This document shows positions 1-10,192 of a stretch of DNA of 49,041 bases, piece after piece (the first letter of the stretch is position 1; each line of letters starts with the position of its first letter). The notes under the pieces are model-generated. The model had not been told where the DNA came from. It ran no database searches and saw only the letters and a program-made list of their open reading frames with translations. Origin of the DNA: Chromera velia (taxonomy: Eukaryota); the NCBI GenBank assembly GCA_018398765.1, contig JAHBMJ010000372.1, positions 1-49,041 of the forward strand. The letters are read 5' to 3'. The position numbers and the translations under genes were made by a program.

Positions 1-309
<309 letters not shown>

Positions 310-409
310 CGATCAAAGTGAATAAACAGGAATTGCATGGTCAATTTTGGTTGGCAGTTAACCGCAGAAAAGCTGAGAAGAAGGACAGAGCGCGTGGGAC
401 ACACGCTCC

Positions 410-421
410 AAGGGGGAGGGG
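410..421 (+). promoter_or_regulatory. Polypurine tract of the LTR retrotransposon
   Basis: aagggggagggg lies about 100 bp after the pol stop and 2 nt before the inferred LTR start. Confidence 0.75.
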
Positions 422-423
422 CA

Positions 424-767
424 CGTAACATAGTGAGGCGAGCCACGGGACCGGCCAATCCCGGGGTGAGCTGAACTAACGCGCACCGCCGCCGCACGGG
501 ACGCCCGCAGCTCAGAGACCAACACATACACGCAGGCTCATGGAGGCGCCGCCATGCCAGTCTGTATTAGAAGAGAATTAAATAAAATAGAAATAAAGTG
601 GAATTAATTCAGTTAGCTGCGTATAGCCTGGATTGAGCAAACAACAGTTGCTTGCAAAGCTTCTAGAAGCAGTTTGGGAGTGAACCTTGAACTGACAGAC
701 TTTTCGTAGTAGAGATCTAACTGAACTAAGTGCGATCACTTAGGAGAAGAGGAGCTACCTCCTTACG
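424..767 (+). mobile_element. 3' LTR (about 344 bp) of the chromovirus element
   Basis: It follows the PPT and is bounded by the inverted repeat cgtaa(424)...ttacg(767), extendable to cacgtaa/ttacgtg (422-769). It contains aataaa signals near 580-597. An unrelated transposase reading frame resumes at 768. Confidence 0.7.
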
Positions 768-1470
768 TGTGAGTTCTTGGCGAAGGACTGGACTCATGTT
801 GTAGAGACGCTCATGAACTGGGGTCTTGTCTCAAAGCACCTGCACTATGTAAACAGAGAAGGGAAAAGCGTCCCTCTTCCGACCAATCCTTGGAGAAGGG
901 CTGCAACACGAAAAGAAAACATAGGGTGGCACCCGGTGACTCGAACCGACGTCTTCTTTGATGCAGGCTGCATATTTGATGAACGAATCCTTCGCATAGG
1001 TGTTAAAGGAAAATTTTATTTGCTCTGGGCATATGCAAAACACCTTACCCCAAAAAAAATTTGAAAAGAAGCAAGGAGCAGTAAAAGACCTGAATATACC
1101 TTTAAAAAGCATCAAGTGAATGACTTCTATTCAGTGATTCGTTCTTACATTGTTGAATGGAGACAAATCCAGAAAGAAACGGGGAAGAGAGGAAAATTTG
1201 GAGGGCTACGTGATGGACCAGGAAAAGGGGTATCCAAATTGGACCTGGTTGAACGGTTTAGGAATAGAAACGCGTTCTACCATCAGTTTGAAGACCCCCG
1301 CAATGCATATTATGGAGTGGTGGAAGCAGATGGAAGTCAGTTTTTCTTCTCTTTCCGCCCCCTATCCCCCCCCCCCNNNNNNNNNCCCCCTCTGTTCTTC
1401 TCATTTCTTCTCTCTAAATTTTTTCATTGCTTTGCATGCTTGTGTCTCTATGTGGTTGCATGGAATGATG

Positions 1471-1510
<40 letters not shown>

Positions 1511-2586
1511 TATACATACATACACACATACACACACACACATATACACGCACGCACACACACACACACACATACACGAGACAGAGAGAAGCAAGCATGC
1601 AAGGAACGTGCAAGTAAAGAGCGGGAAAAGAGCAATAGAGGTGCAAGCATACGAGGAATGTGAGAGAAAAGAACGGAGGAGGTGCAAGCATGCGAGGAAC
1701 GTGAGAGAAAAGACCGGAGGAGGTGCAAGCATGCGAGGAACGTGAGAGAAAAGACCGGAGGAGGTGTAAGCATGCGAGGAACGTGAGAGGGACAGACCGG
1801 AGGAGGTGTAAGCATGCGAGGAACGTGAGAGGGACAGACGGACTGACGGACTGACTTCAGGCTTCAGCTACTCCCCCACGGCTTGTAGACATGAAAACCC
1901 TCCATTGTCACGGGTTTTCTCTGGCGCCTCTGTCTTGCAGTCTCTCCCTCCCCTGCCCCCCTTCCCTCCTGTGTGCAGTCTGCATACAACCGTATAGGGT
2001 AGACAAGAGGGAGGAAGCAAAGGTTCAGGGGACAACAGCAGGAGTGCAGAACCATTTGGAGTGGTGGACTTTGATGTGGTTCCAGATCTGTCCCCTTTTG
2101 ATTGAATTTGAGGTGCTCGACAGGGGGAAGAAACATGCAGCAGATCCAGAAGAGTTCACTAAACTCACTGCCAAACATGTTACACTGGGCACAAATTTGA
2201 TCATTAGAGATGGAGGGGTTGAATTTCGAGAAAAGTCCCTGGCAAGGCTGGGGATTTATCTTGAGCAGACAGCACATTCAAGGGGAGTGTATGTACTGAG
2301 AGGCCAAAGCGACTCAGTGGGCAATCCAAAATCTCAACTCCATGCAGAAGCTCGTTTTCGTCCTTTGAGATTATTCATCTCTGAGTACGGACTGCAAAGG
2401 CAACAACATGAAGACGACCCTACTATTTTTTAGCATTACTTAGCCGAGTTTGCAATAAAGGTGGAGGAGGGGTGGTTTCATGATGAAGATGGATTGGTGT
2501 TTGCAAAGCTGATCCAAATCCTGGTCGAGGTGCATGCTCATCGGGGCTTCCCTTTGGTGCATGCAGAGGGGAGGGGAAAAAGATAG
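768..2586 (+). pseudogene. Merlin/IS1595(IS1016)-like DDE transposase, spliced, with in-frame stops; 5' end interrupted by the LTR element
   Basis: Exon 768-1335 ends YYGVVEADG. The phase-1 intron 1336-1978 (gtcag...tgcag) joins it in frame to an exon from 1979 containing KHVTLGTNLIIRDG, LARLGIYLEQTAHSRGVYV, HAEARFRPLR and F*HYLAEF. These follow the order of IS1595-family motifs VEvDE, HVkpGs.i.tDg, vnHs..fV, iEs.w..lk and YLaEF. Stops occur at 1062-1064 (TGA), 2431-2433 (TAG) and 2584-2586. Confidence 0.75.
1590..1841 (+). repeat. About 41-bp minisatellite, about 6 copies, inside the transposase intron
   Basis: The unit gtgcaagcatgcgaggaacgtgagagaaaagaccggaggag recurs at 1682, 1723, 1764 and about 1806, with degenerate copies upstream. 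Confidence 0.9.
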
Positions 2587-3146
2587 AGGAAACGAAAGCA
2601 GAGTCAGATTGACGCCCACCCCGCTGACCTCGAAGAGCCTCTTGGAGATTCCTCTTCCGATCCCTCTTCGGAGTTGGACTCCTCGTTTGAGCCTCCGCAG
2701 AGCAGTTTTCTGCAGAGAGAGGAGGGGGGTGAGGGAGCAGAGAGATGGACAGGAGGGGAGGGAAGGGGGGAGGGGGATGAAGACTGATGAAGCCAAGCCC
2801 TGTGTGTCTGCCTGTATGCCTATCTATTTACGTGCTTGTATACCTGCCTGGGTGCCTGCCTGGGTGTCTGCCTGTGTGCCTACCTGGGTGCCTGTCTGGG
2901 TGCCTGCCTGGGTGGTAGTGAGTGCTTAATTCCCTGTGTGGATGCCTGCCTATGTATCTGCTTGTCTGCCTGCTTGTCTGCCTGTTTAATTGCCTTTGCT
3001 TACTTGCTCTTGCCTGCATGCCTGTATGCCTGCCTGCCAGTGGATAGAGAGAAAGCGGGGCAGATAGAGAGAGAGTGGGGGTAGATAGAAGGAAAACAGG
3101 GTAGAGAGGTGGTCAATTTCCCTCTGGTAGTTGACCAAGACTGCCA

Positions 3147-3848
3147 TCATTGGGAAAGCTTGTGTATGTACGGACCTGAAGAAAGAGGGAGAGGGCGGAG
3201 TTGTACCGTTTGAAAAGGGGTGTGCAGTTTTCCACGGTGGGAATGATGACATCTGGAGCATACCAGCAGCGTATCTCGGGGGTGATTCTGCAAAAAGATC
3301 TCCATGGCAAAGCGCTTCCAGGAGAGGGAGTCATCAAATTGGGGGACCTGACAGCGTCTGAGAGAAAACTGTCTGTGGGGAGAGGGAAAGAGGTACCATC
3401 GATGATCAATCTCCCAGGGAAACCGGTAAAGCCTTCCAAGCAATATGAGCTGCCAGTACGCATCAGCAACTGCGTCTCCAATTGCCCCCCAACATGCAGG
3501 ATCTCCGTTAGCCGCCCCTACTTCGCATTCTCCCCCGAAGAAGCAAAGGTATATATAAAGCCAGAACCCCCTGCACCTCACTCGATGCAAAATTTCTTGA
3601 TCAGACGCCTGGCGGCACGAAGGGAGAAGGAGACGGCCGTGTTCATGAGCCCTGTAGTCGATGAACTGATGGTTGTACAGAGGGCTTCCTTCAGTCCCGC
3701 ATATCCACCCTGCAACCTGCCGACACTTCGACAGCAGCCAGTCCAGGTGCGCAGACATAAAATAGTCAGCCAGCTCTTCTGGAGACAAATTGAAGCAACA
3801 CAAACTCTGTCTATCAGAGACCAGCCCTGAGCGGTGTTGTCGGGGCAT
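3147..3848 (-). CDS. Putative HNH endonuclease (phage-type HNHc), 233 aa
   Basis: An uninterrupted ATG ORF carries the ordered motifs FFGGEC...WEIDH...RQFSL...SWKRFAMEI...TLLVCSRCHHSH. These parallel the GGKC...lEFhH...KdFtI...sWekikkEl..ciLLCanCH pattern of small phage HNH proteins. Confidence 0.55.
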   Translation of the reverse strand: MPRQHRSGLVSDRQSLCCFNLSPEELADYFMSAHLDWLLSKCRQVAGWICGTEGSPLYNHQFIDYRAHEHGRLLLPSCRQASDQEILHRVRCRGFWLYIYLCFFGGECEVGAANGDPACWGAIGDAVADAYWQLILLGRLYRFPWEIDHRWYLFPSPHRQFSLRRCQVPQFDDSLSWKRFAMEIFLQNHPRDTLLVCSRCHHSHRGKLHTPFQTVQLRPLPLSSGPYIHKLSQ

Positions 3849-4312
3849 TTTAAATTGGAAGCAACAAAGAGAGGCTGGCTGGAAGACTCTTGATTTATCT
3901 AAAACGCTACTCTGATACCTGTTTCACTGTTACCAATGTCTTCTTCCACACCTACTGGTAAACATCACCAGATTCCTTCGTGATCTTGCCATTTTTGAGT
4001 GTTGCATGGCTCTGCAGACTGGTAGCTGCATACTCGCACGCTCTTTTTCTCAGTAGATCTTTTTTTACTTGTAGGGCACTTAAAACAAAACTCTAACAGT
4101 GGGTCTGATGACCCAGGCATCTGCCGTCTATACACTTGAGGCTGTGCATGGCCGGGATCTCTAAGGCCCCAAAATTTTTTTTCACATCATTTCTTTTTTT
4201 TATTTCTGTAAGAGCCACTGGCCCCGGAAAACTAAGATTGATATATATTGTTACGAATTTTACCGGGGTGATTTAACAAAAAGCGCAAGCGAGCGATAGG
4301 TGCAACCAAGCC

Positions 4313-4680
4313 CCTCTTAGGAGGTTAAATTTACCGGGGTGAATTTTTAAGTGGTCCATAAAAGCAAAAAAAGGGGCACTTAAAAAAATGTAATACGGAC
4401 GTCCTCTTAGGAGGTTAAATTTACCGGGGTGAATTTTTAAGTGGTCCATAAAAGCAAAAAAAGGGGCACTTAAAAAAATGTAATACGGACGTCCTCTTAG
4501 GAGGTTAAATTTACCGGGGTGAATTTTTAAGTGGTCCATGAAAGCAAAAAAAGGGGCACTTAAAAAAATGTAATACGGACGTCCTCTTAGGAGGTTAAAT
4601 TTACCGGGGTGAATTTTTAAGTGGTCCATGAAAGCAAAAAAAGGGGCACTTAAAAAAATGTAATACGGACGTCCTCCTAG
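4313..4680. repeat. Tandem array of four near-identical 90-bp units (subterminal repeat of the transposon)
   Basis: Units are 4321-4410, 4411-4500, 4501-4590 and 4591-4680. They differ only at cata/catg and at the terminal ttag/ctag. A partial copy lies at about 4256-4271. Confidence 0.97.
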
Positions 4681-4989
4681 CTACTTGTATATAGAGAGGC
4701 CCAATTTAGCCGATTAATCGGTCGCGTTGATACTTCTGCATGACATGCAGTCTCTCTCAGACTCTCCCTCTAACGTCATTCTCTATAGCTCAGACAATTC
4801 AATATTGCGACCACAAGAGCACTTTGTCAGCAGCAGAAAGTCAACCTGATGAGGAAAGTGTACACGCACCTGCTGCTGAAACACTTGTCACAAACTCTTT
4901 GAAGCTCGTGCATAAGCCGACTCCGTTGAACACGTGGGCGTATCGATATCTTGACACATCCACTTGTCGGCCCTCCCCACGCTCTCACA

Positions 4990-6108
4990 ATGGGAGAACA
5001 ACAGGATGTCCCTGAAAGACTGCAGCAGCTGCTCAACGAGAGCAAAGTTCCGCCAGAATGGCATGCGACAGCCTCCCGATCTCTCGAAATTGCTGAAATG
5101 TACGCAGAGACGGGCATTGAGGATTACCGAGCAAAGAAGGAGACTCGGCTGTTCGTTTGCGATGCCGATAAAGTGCTTTCCAGTCGCCAGAGCACTGACG
5201 GAATGAGAGCGACCCCGTATGGAAGCGTCAGAGAGGATGACATCCGCAGGTCCGACATCAAGACAAGTGAGGGCGGGCGCCGATTGAAGGAGCGATTGAA
5301 CGACAAAGGAAGTCTGGTCACTGACGGTCAAAGCAATCTCTGGGCTTTCGGTTTTCTTTTTAAGAATGACGCAACAGGGGTTTCCAGCCTTGGCGCGGAA
5401 GTTTTTGACCAACTTGCAAAGAGTCTTCCCGCCTTCATCATTGTTGTTTCTGCCGAAGGAGAAATCAAGCTCTTTGCCGGCCACGCGGAACCAATTGCCT
5501 GGTTGAAATCTGAACGAGATGAAAGGGCGCTTCAACTTCCTCTGCGGTACCCTCCGAGCTTGAAAGTTTCCAATGGAGACAGGCACGAGGACCTTTTCTT
5601 GGGTCGTGCGGGTGACCTGAAGGATTTGCTTTCTTGGATCTGTCCGGGGAAAGGGGAGGGGTCAGAGAGGGAGGCGGAGCCTGAGCCGTACATCGTCGTT
5701 TCAGGGGTAGAGGGGGTCGGCAAGAGCTGTCTGGTGTGTGAGGCTCTGCACCGTTGCTACGCTCCTCTGACCAAAATTTGGTTGGATGCTTCGTCGCGTG
5801 AAGCGTTGGACAAAACTGTCAAGGAAGTGTGCACAGACCTGAAGCAAGCTGGGGTGTCGATTGAAAATGAAGGTGATCATCGCAGACAGCTGCATGATTG
5901 GTTGGACTCAAACAGCAGTTGGGTTCTTGTGCTGGATGGTTTGGGAGATAAGGAGTTGATTTGGGAAAGCGGCGAATCAAAAAGACACCTCGTGCCAAAG
6001 AACCACAAGGGAACTGTGATCTTCACCACTCGCATCGAGGGCTTCATGGGTTTCCCTCTTTCAAAAGAGATCACCCTCAGGGCTCTACAGATTGCAGATG
6101 CAGCATGA
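4990..6108 (+). CDS. NLR-like STAND protein: N-terminal DAC(DisA_N)-like domain plus NB-ARC NTPase; truncated, possibly a pseudogene
   Basis: NB-ARC hallmarks are FLGR, Walker A GVEGVGKS (5704-5727), IWLDAS, Walker B WVLVLDG (5920-5940) and sensor-1 GTVIFTTR. The N-terminal segment DKGSLVTDGQSNLWAFGFLF...LPAFIIVVSAEGEIKLF resembles DisA_N. The ORF stops before the GLPLA motif. Confidence 0.8.
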   Translation: MGEQQDVPERLQQLLNESKVPPEWHATASRSLEIAEMYAETGIEDYRAKKETRLFVCDADKVLSSRQSTDGMRATPYGSVREDDIRRSDIKTSEGGRRLKERLNDKGSLVTDGQSNLWAFGFLFKNDATGVSSLGAEVFDQLAKSLPAFIIVVSAEGEIKLFAGHAEPIAWLKSERDERALQLPLRYPPSLKVSNGDRHEDLFLGRAGDLKDLLSWICPGKGEGSEREAEPEPYIVVSGVEGVGKSCLVCEALHRCYAPLTKIWLDASSREALDKTVKEVCTDLKQAGVSIENEGDHRRQLHDWLDSNSSWVLVLDGLGDKELIWESGESKRHLVPKNHKGTVIFTTRIEGFMGFPLSKEITLRALQIADAA

Positions 6109-8724
6109 TCTGCTTGAATGTGCACCTGTTGCGGTAGTCTTCTTCTCATGTTTTGGAGAGTCTCGAACCTTATGTGGAGATTCTCTCTCTTTTTTTGTCT
6201 CTCTCATTGTCATGCAAGAGCTCCGATTCTGGTTCCCGTAGAATCAAGTGTGCTCATAGTAGTTTCTTTTTTCTTTGCTAATCATGCATGGAGTAGATGA
6301 TTCTTCTTTCTCTGCATGAGTTGGAAGAGTCTGACGCATGAATGGATGACGCTTTTTTGTCAGCTGAGTGACCGTTGATTGAGAATTTTTTTTTTCCACG
6401 CATGAGCTTCACTTGAGGGTCGATCAGTCGAGAAATGAGCATTCTGACATGCAGCATGATCAATCAGACGCATGCATCTGCACGTGAGATTGCACTCCGC
6501 TTCGTCATTTTGCCTTTGCTTGATTGATCCTTCGACTGAGCGTCCTTTCATCAGAGCGCCCATCCATTTCTCTCCTCTGCGGTGGGCTGCTGCCAACGGT
6601 CAATAGATCGGTCAAATGATTGGTCGAGACGACTCTGTATGCAGTGGTTTCGTATGGCTTTTCACCCTTCCCCTTCGTCTTCAGACTGTGGTTTTCTTTC
6701 TTTCATTGTCCCAAATTGTCACTTCGAATCCGATCGAAATAAACTCGTCGAGAAGCAAAGACTAGGCACCGGCGTTAAGAGTTACTTTGATGGCTTGAAA
6801 TGAGGGTTTATCTACTAATTAAAGTCTAATTTACATTTTGAAAAGCAGCTTCCTTGAACAAGTAGTAACCGTAATATGTTGGGCTGCTTCGCGGTCTAGC
6901 GTAACCGTTATAAATCGCCGCACCTTCGGCGTGCTTTGATAAATAACCGTTATACAGCCCCAAGCCGTGCACACTCCTGTTTAAAACAAAGTTTTAAGCT
7001 TATACCAGTTGTTAAAATCTTGCAGTTTAGCTAGATCAGAGATAAGAGTTTGTCCGCCTGGACTCTGCCGGCTTGGCGGATGCCGTGGCGGCGTGGCCCT
7101 CGTAGCCGCCTGCAGAGCTAGCCGTCTGGGGATGTACGCCACTGCGCTTGCATCATATGATCATGCCTTGTATATAAACCTTCGGCGCCAGCTTCGACGC
7201 CTCAAGATGTATGGTGATTGACGATCTCTGGCATGAACATGGGCTGCTGGGAGCACGGCTTTACTCTAGCAAAGCCAACTTCATTCATTCATTCATTCAT
7301 TCATAAATTTTTGATACGTATGAGTTACTAGCTGGGTTACTCGCTAGGTTACTAGACTATAGTTACTAGACGACTTAATTAAGGAATCGGGATAAAATTG
7401 CTGCAGGGTCATACAAACTGCACTCATACATATGCACTCCTTCTGTCTCTGAGTCACTCACTGTGCATGACCAAAGAGAAACTGTTCGATCTACATGGGG
7501 GGGGGGGCCAACCACGTCTCGATGCAAGCATGATAGTATTGTATAGAATGACACTCTATGTACGTTTTGGGAAGAAGAGGAGGAGGGGGCAACCACTAAT
7601 ACGGGAGGGCGGGGCCATGCTAGGGCAACTCCTAGGACAACTCTAGGGTCAGCTGTGTGAAACCCAGTGGCTTTAACGCACTAACGTGGAATACAACATC
7701 AATAGTTATACACTGCATTTTTTCAAGTATTTTTTATTAACAGTTTCAATTAAATTTAATACAGATTTACTATAGTAAAAGCAATAAATCCATACAAGTA
7801 CTATGCACTAAATCGAGATCTAGATCGAGATGACCACCGTTCTTTGGTTAGTTGCTGTAGTGGTTCAATGTCATACGTTTGAATTCATTGAAAAGTTTAT
7901 AGAACCTGCATGATGTTGATTAAATGCGGCTTCCTTCTTTCTCTCCCTTGCTCTATCGAAAGAAATTCAATGAAGCCGGTGCGCACAAAAAGAACGAATC
8001 ATCAATCGAGGTATACCTAAAGAAGGGAACTGCCGTTCTCGTTCATGACCTCCCCCCCTTCAAGACGTTTGACCGATTCCGTCGGCAGCCCTTCCATTTT
8101 GTTTATAAAATCTGAAAATTCGGATCGTTTCTTCAGGCCTGACTCCAGGCCTGACTCTCTCGATCGATTTTTGAAGTCCAACTAAACAGAACAGACGAGA
8201 TGCCGCACCAGTTCAGAAAGAGGAAAATGAATAGAGGAGGAACCGGCAACTTGGGAGAGAGTAACGGACTGAGTAAAGTCATTTGATCGATCCATCACTT
8301 CATTCGTCCAAGGAGTCAAGCCGATCCCAAGATCAAACAGCGCGAGGGAAGAGAGAACGGAGGCATGATCATACAATGCAGCACAGTACAGTACAGTACA
8401 GGAGAAGAGAAGAGAAGAGAAGAGAAGAGAAGAGAGAGGGTCGACTTCAAAGTCGACCGAAAGTACGCCTTTTCCCTTCTACAGCTTCTTCCCAGCAACA
8501 GCAGATAGAGCTAAAGGGGAACCAAACCAAACCCCTCCCCTCCTACCCCCAGCCCTTCCCCACAGTTACCCCGTCCCCCGAGGGAAGACATTCATTGATA
8601 TTCTTTTGTACACGCAGAGAGAAGGCAAGAAAAGAGAAAATCAGCCAGTGTGGACCCATCTTTTCCCCTCTTCACTTCCTCTCCACATAAATGCATGCAT
8701 TTCAGTAGTGCCCCAGCTCATTCC

Positions 8725-9308
8725 TCATGACCCGAATGCCGGGGCGAAAAGCGGGCCGGTCCCCGAGGAGGACGGGGGGGGGAACGGGTGGAGAGGGCCC
8801 AGGGAGCCCCATTGCAGGATTGGGGACACGTTCACGTTCAGAGGACTCTGGTTGTTCTGTCCAGGTCCCGTCTGAGTCTGCTGCTGGAGCGAGGGGGGGG
8901 GCTGCGGTTGAAGGGGGGCAGCGCTTCCCAGTCCACCCAGAGAACCTAGAGGGGGGGCAATGGGCGCCCCCATCGCGTTCAGAGACGGGAGGCGAAGACC
9001 GGAGCCAGAGGCGCACCACGCAGCTTCGACTGATTCCCGTGGCTGGGCGGGTCGTGTCTCGATCCACACGCGTACCTGCAGGCACGCACGCAGGCAGGTG
9101 CACGTACGTACACAGGGACACACAATTTCATCATACGGAGGGGTGTGGGGAAAGAGAAGGCAAAAAAGACAGGAGGATATGTCTCCACAAACAAACTGCC
9201 CACCTTCCTGCCTATGTGTACGTCTGAATCGCGGATCCCTCGGAAAGAAAGCGAACAAACGTCTCTTTCCGGCCTGTCTTGTGTGTGCGTGTGTGCGTGC
9301 GTGCGTGC

Positions 9309-9364
<56 letters not shown>

Positions 9365-9457
9365 AAGTATGACTCACATACCTTGAGGATTTTGTCCGGA
9401 AATCTGTTCAAAGTTCGCTGTAGCTGGGATCCCTGCAAAGTCTGCTCCCACCCCCAT

Positions 9458-9491
<34 letters not shown>

Positions 9492-10151
9492 GGGGGGGGG
9501 GGGNGGGGGGGGGGGGGGGAATTGTTCTTAAATTTTCTCTGCAGGGAAGCACTGGGGCAGCTCCACAATGGTGGCAGGTTAAATAGAAGAACACGAAGGC
9601 GGCAGCGAAGAAGGTGACGAAAGCAAAGGAGGGCAGGAAAATCATCCCATCACGTTTCGAGGGTTCGTTCCTCAACCACCCACTCGAACGACCAAACAAA
9701 AACCCCAACAGACCCATGCACAAACCAACCCGTCTGCCAACTCAGCCAAGGGCCTCCACTCGTTTTGGACCCTCTGCACCAGCGGAAATCCTTCCTCGCC
9801 CCCAGGTCCGAGAGTCTCCAGAGAAAATCTGCATGCAGGCAGGCATGCTCGCTCTCATTCATTTTTCATTTCAGTCATTAGTTCGCAAGACGACAGACAG
9901 AGAGGGAGGAGGCGGAAATCAGTATTGAAAGAAAGTCACCATCAACATGAAGATCAGATGTGCGCTGCAAGGCGTTCAAACAATGCCTGAAAGAGAATCA
10001 ATGGAGGCCTCCCCCAACGCACCAAAAGAAAGCACCAACAACGCGATCTGATGGGATGGACCTCCGTTCGAGGCGGACACAAATGAATGCATGGAGGGGG
10101 CGGAGAGACATGCGGTAGAAAAAGAAAGGAGCGGGGGGAGGATCAGACGGG

Positions 10152-10192
<41 letters not shown>

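Larger units (their letters stand above)
768..4680 (+). mobile_element. Merlin-like DNA transposon, right-hand part: transposase, convergent HNH ORF, subterminal 90-bp array and CTAG terminus
   Basis: The transposase pseudogene is followed by a cargo ORF and a tandem array whose last unit ends ...ggacgtcctcctag(4680). The intact MITE at 21341-21590 also ends in cctag. The left end and TSD lie outside the window. Confidence 0.6.

Noticed and set aside
1395..1815. HTHT/CVCV-rich ORFs here and in many introns
   Set aside because: These are translations of (CA)n, (GA)n and tetranucleotide microsatellites within introns.
3201..3830. 209-aa + strand ORF
   Set aside because: It is the antisense shadow of the HNH-like ORF, with a non-ATG start and no recognisable motifs.
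4313..4680. 90-bp array as a CRISPR array, and ORF 4273-4629 (-) as a repeat protein
   Set aside because: The units are contiguous and essentially identical with no unique spacers, and there are no cas genes. The ORF is a by-product of a unit length divisible by three.
4660..4680. CTAG ends as Helitron 3' termini
   Set aside because: Helitrons do not make TSDs or have CTAG at both ends. Here CTAG is tied to 8-9 bp duplications and TIRs.
4888..5586. 232-aa minus-strand ORF
   Set aside because: It is antisense to the DAC-like/NB-ARC gene and has no motifs.
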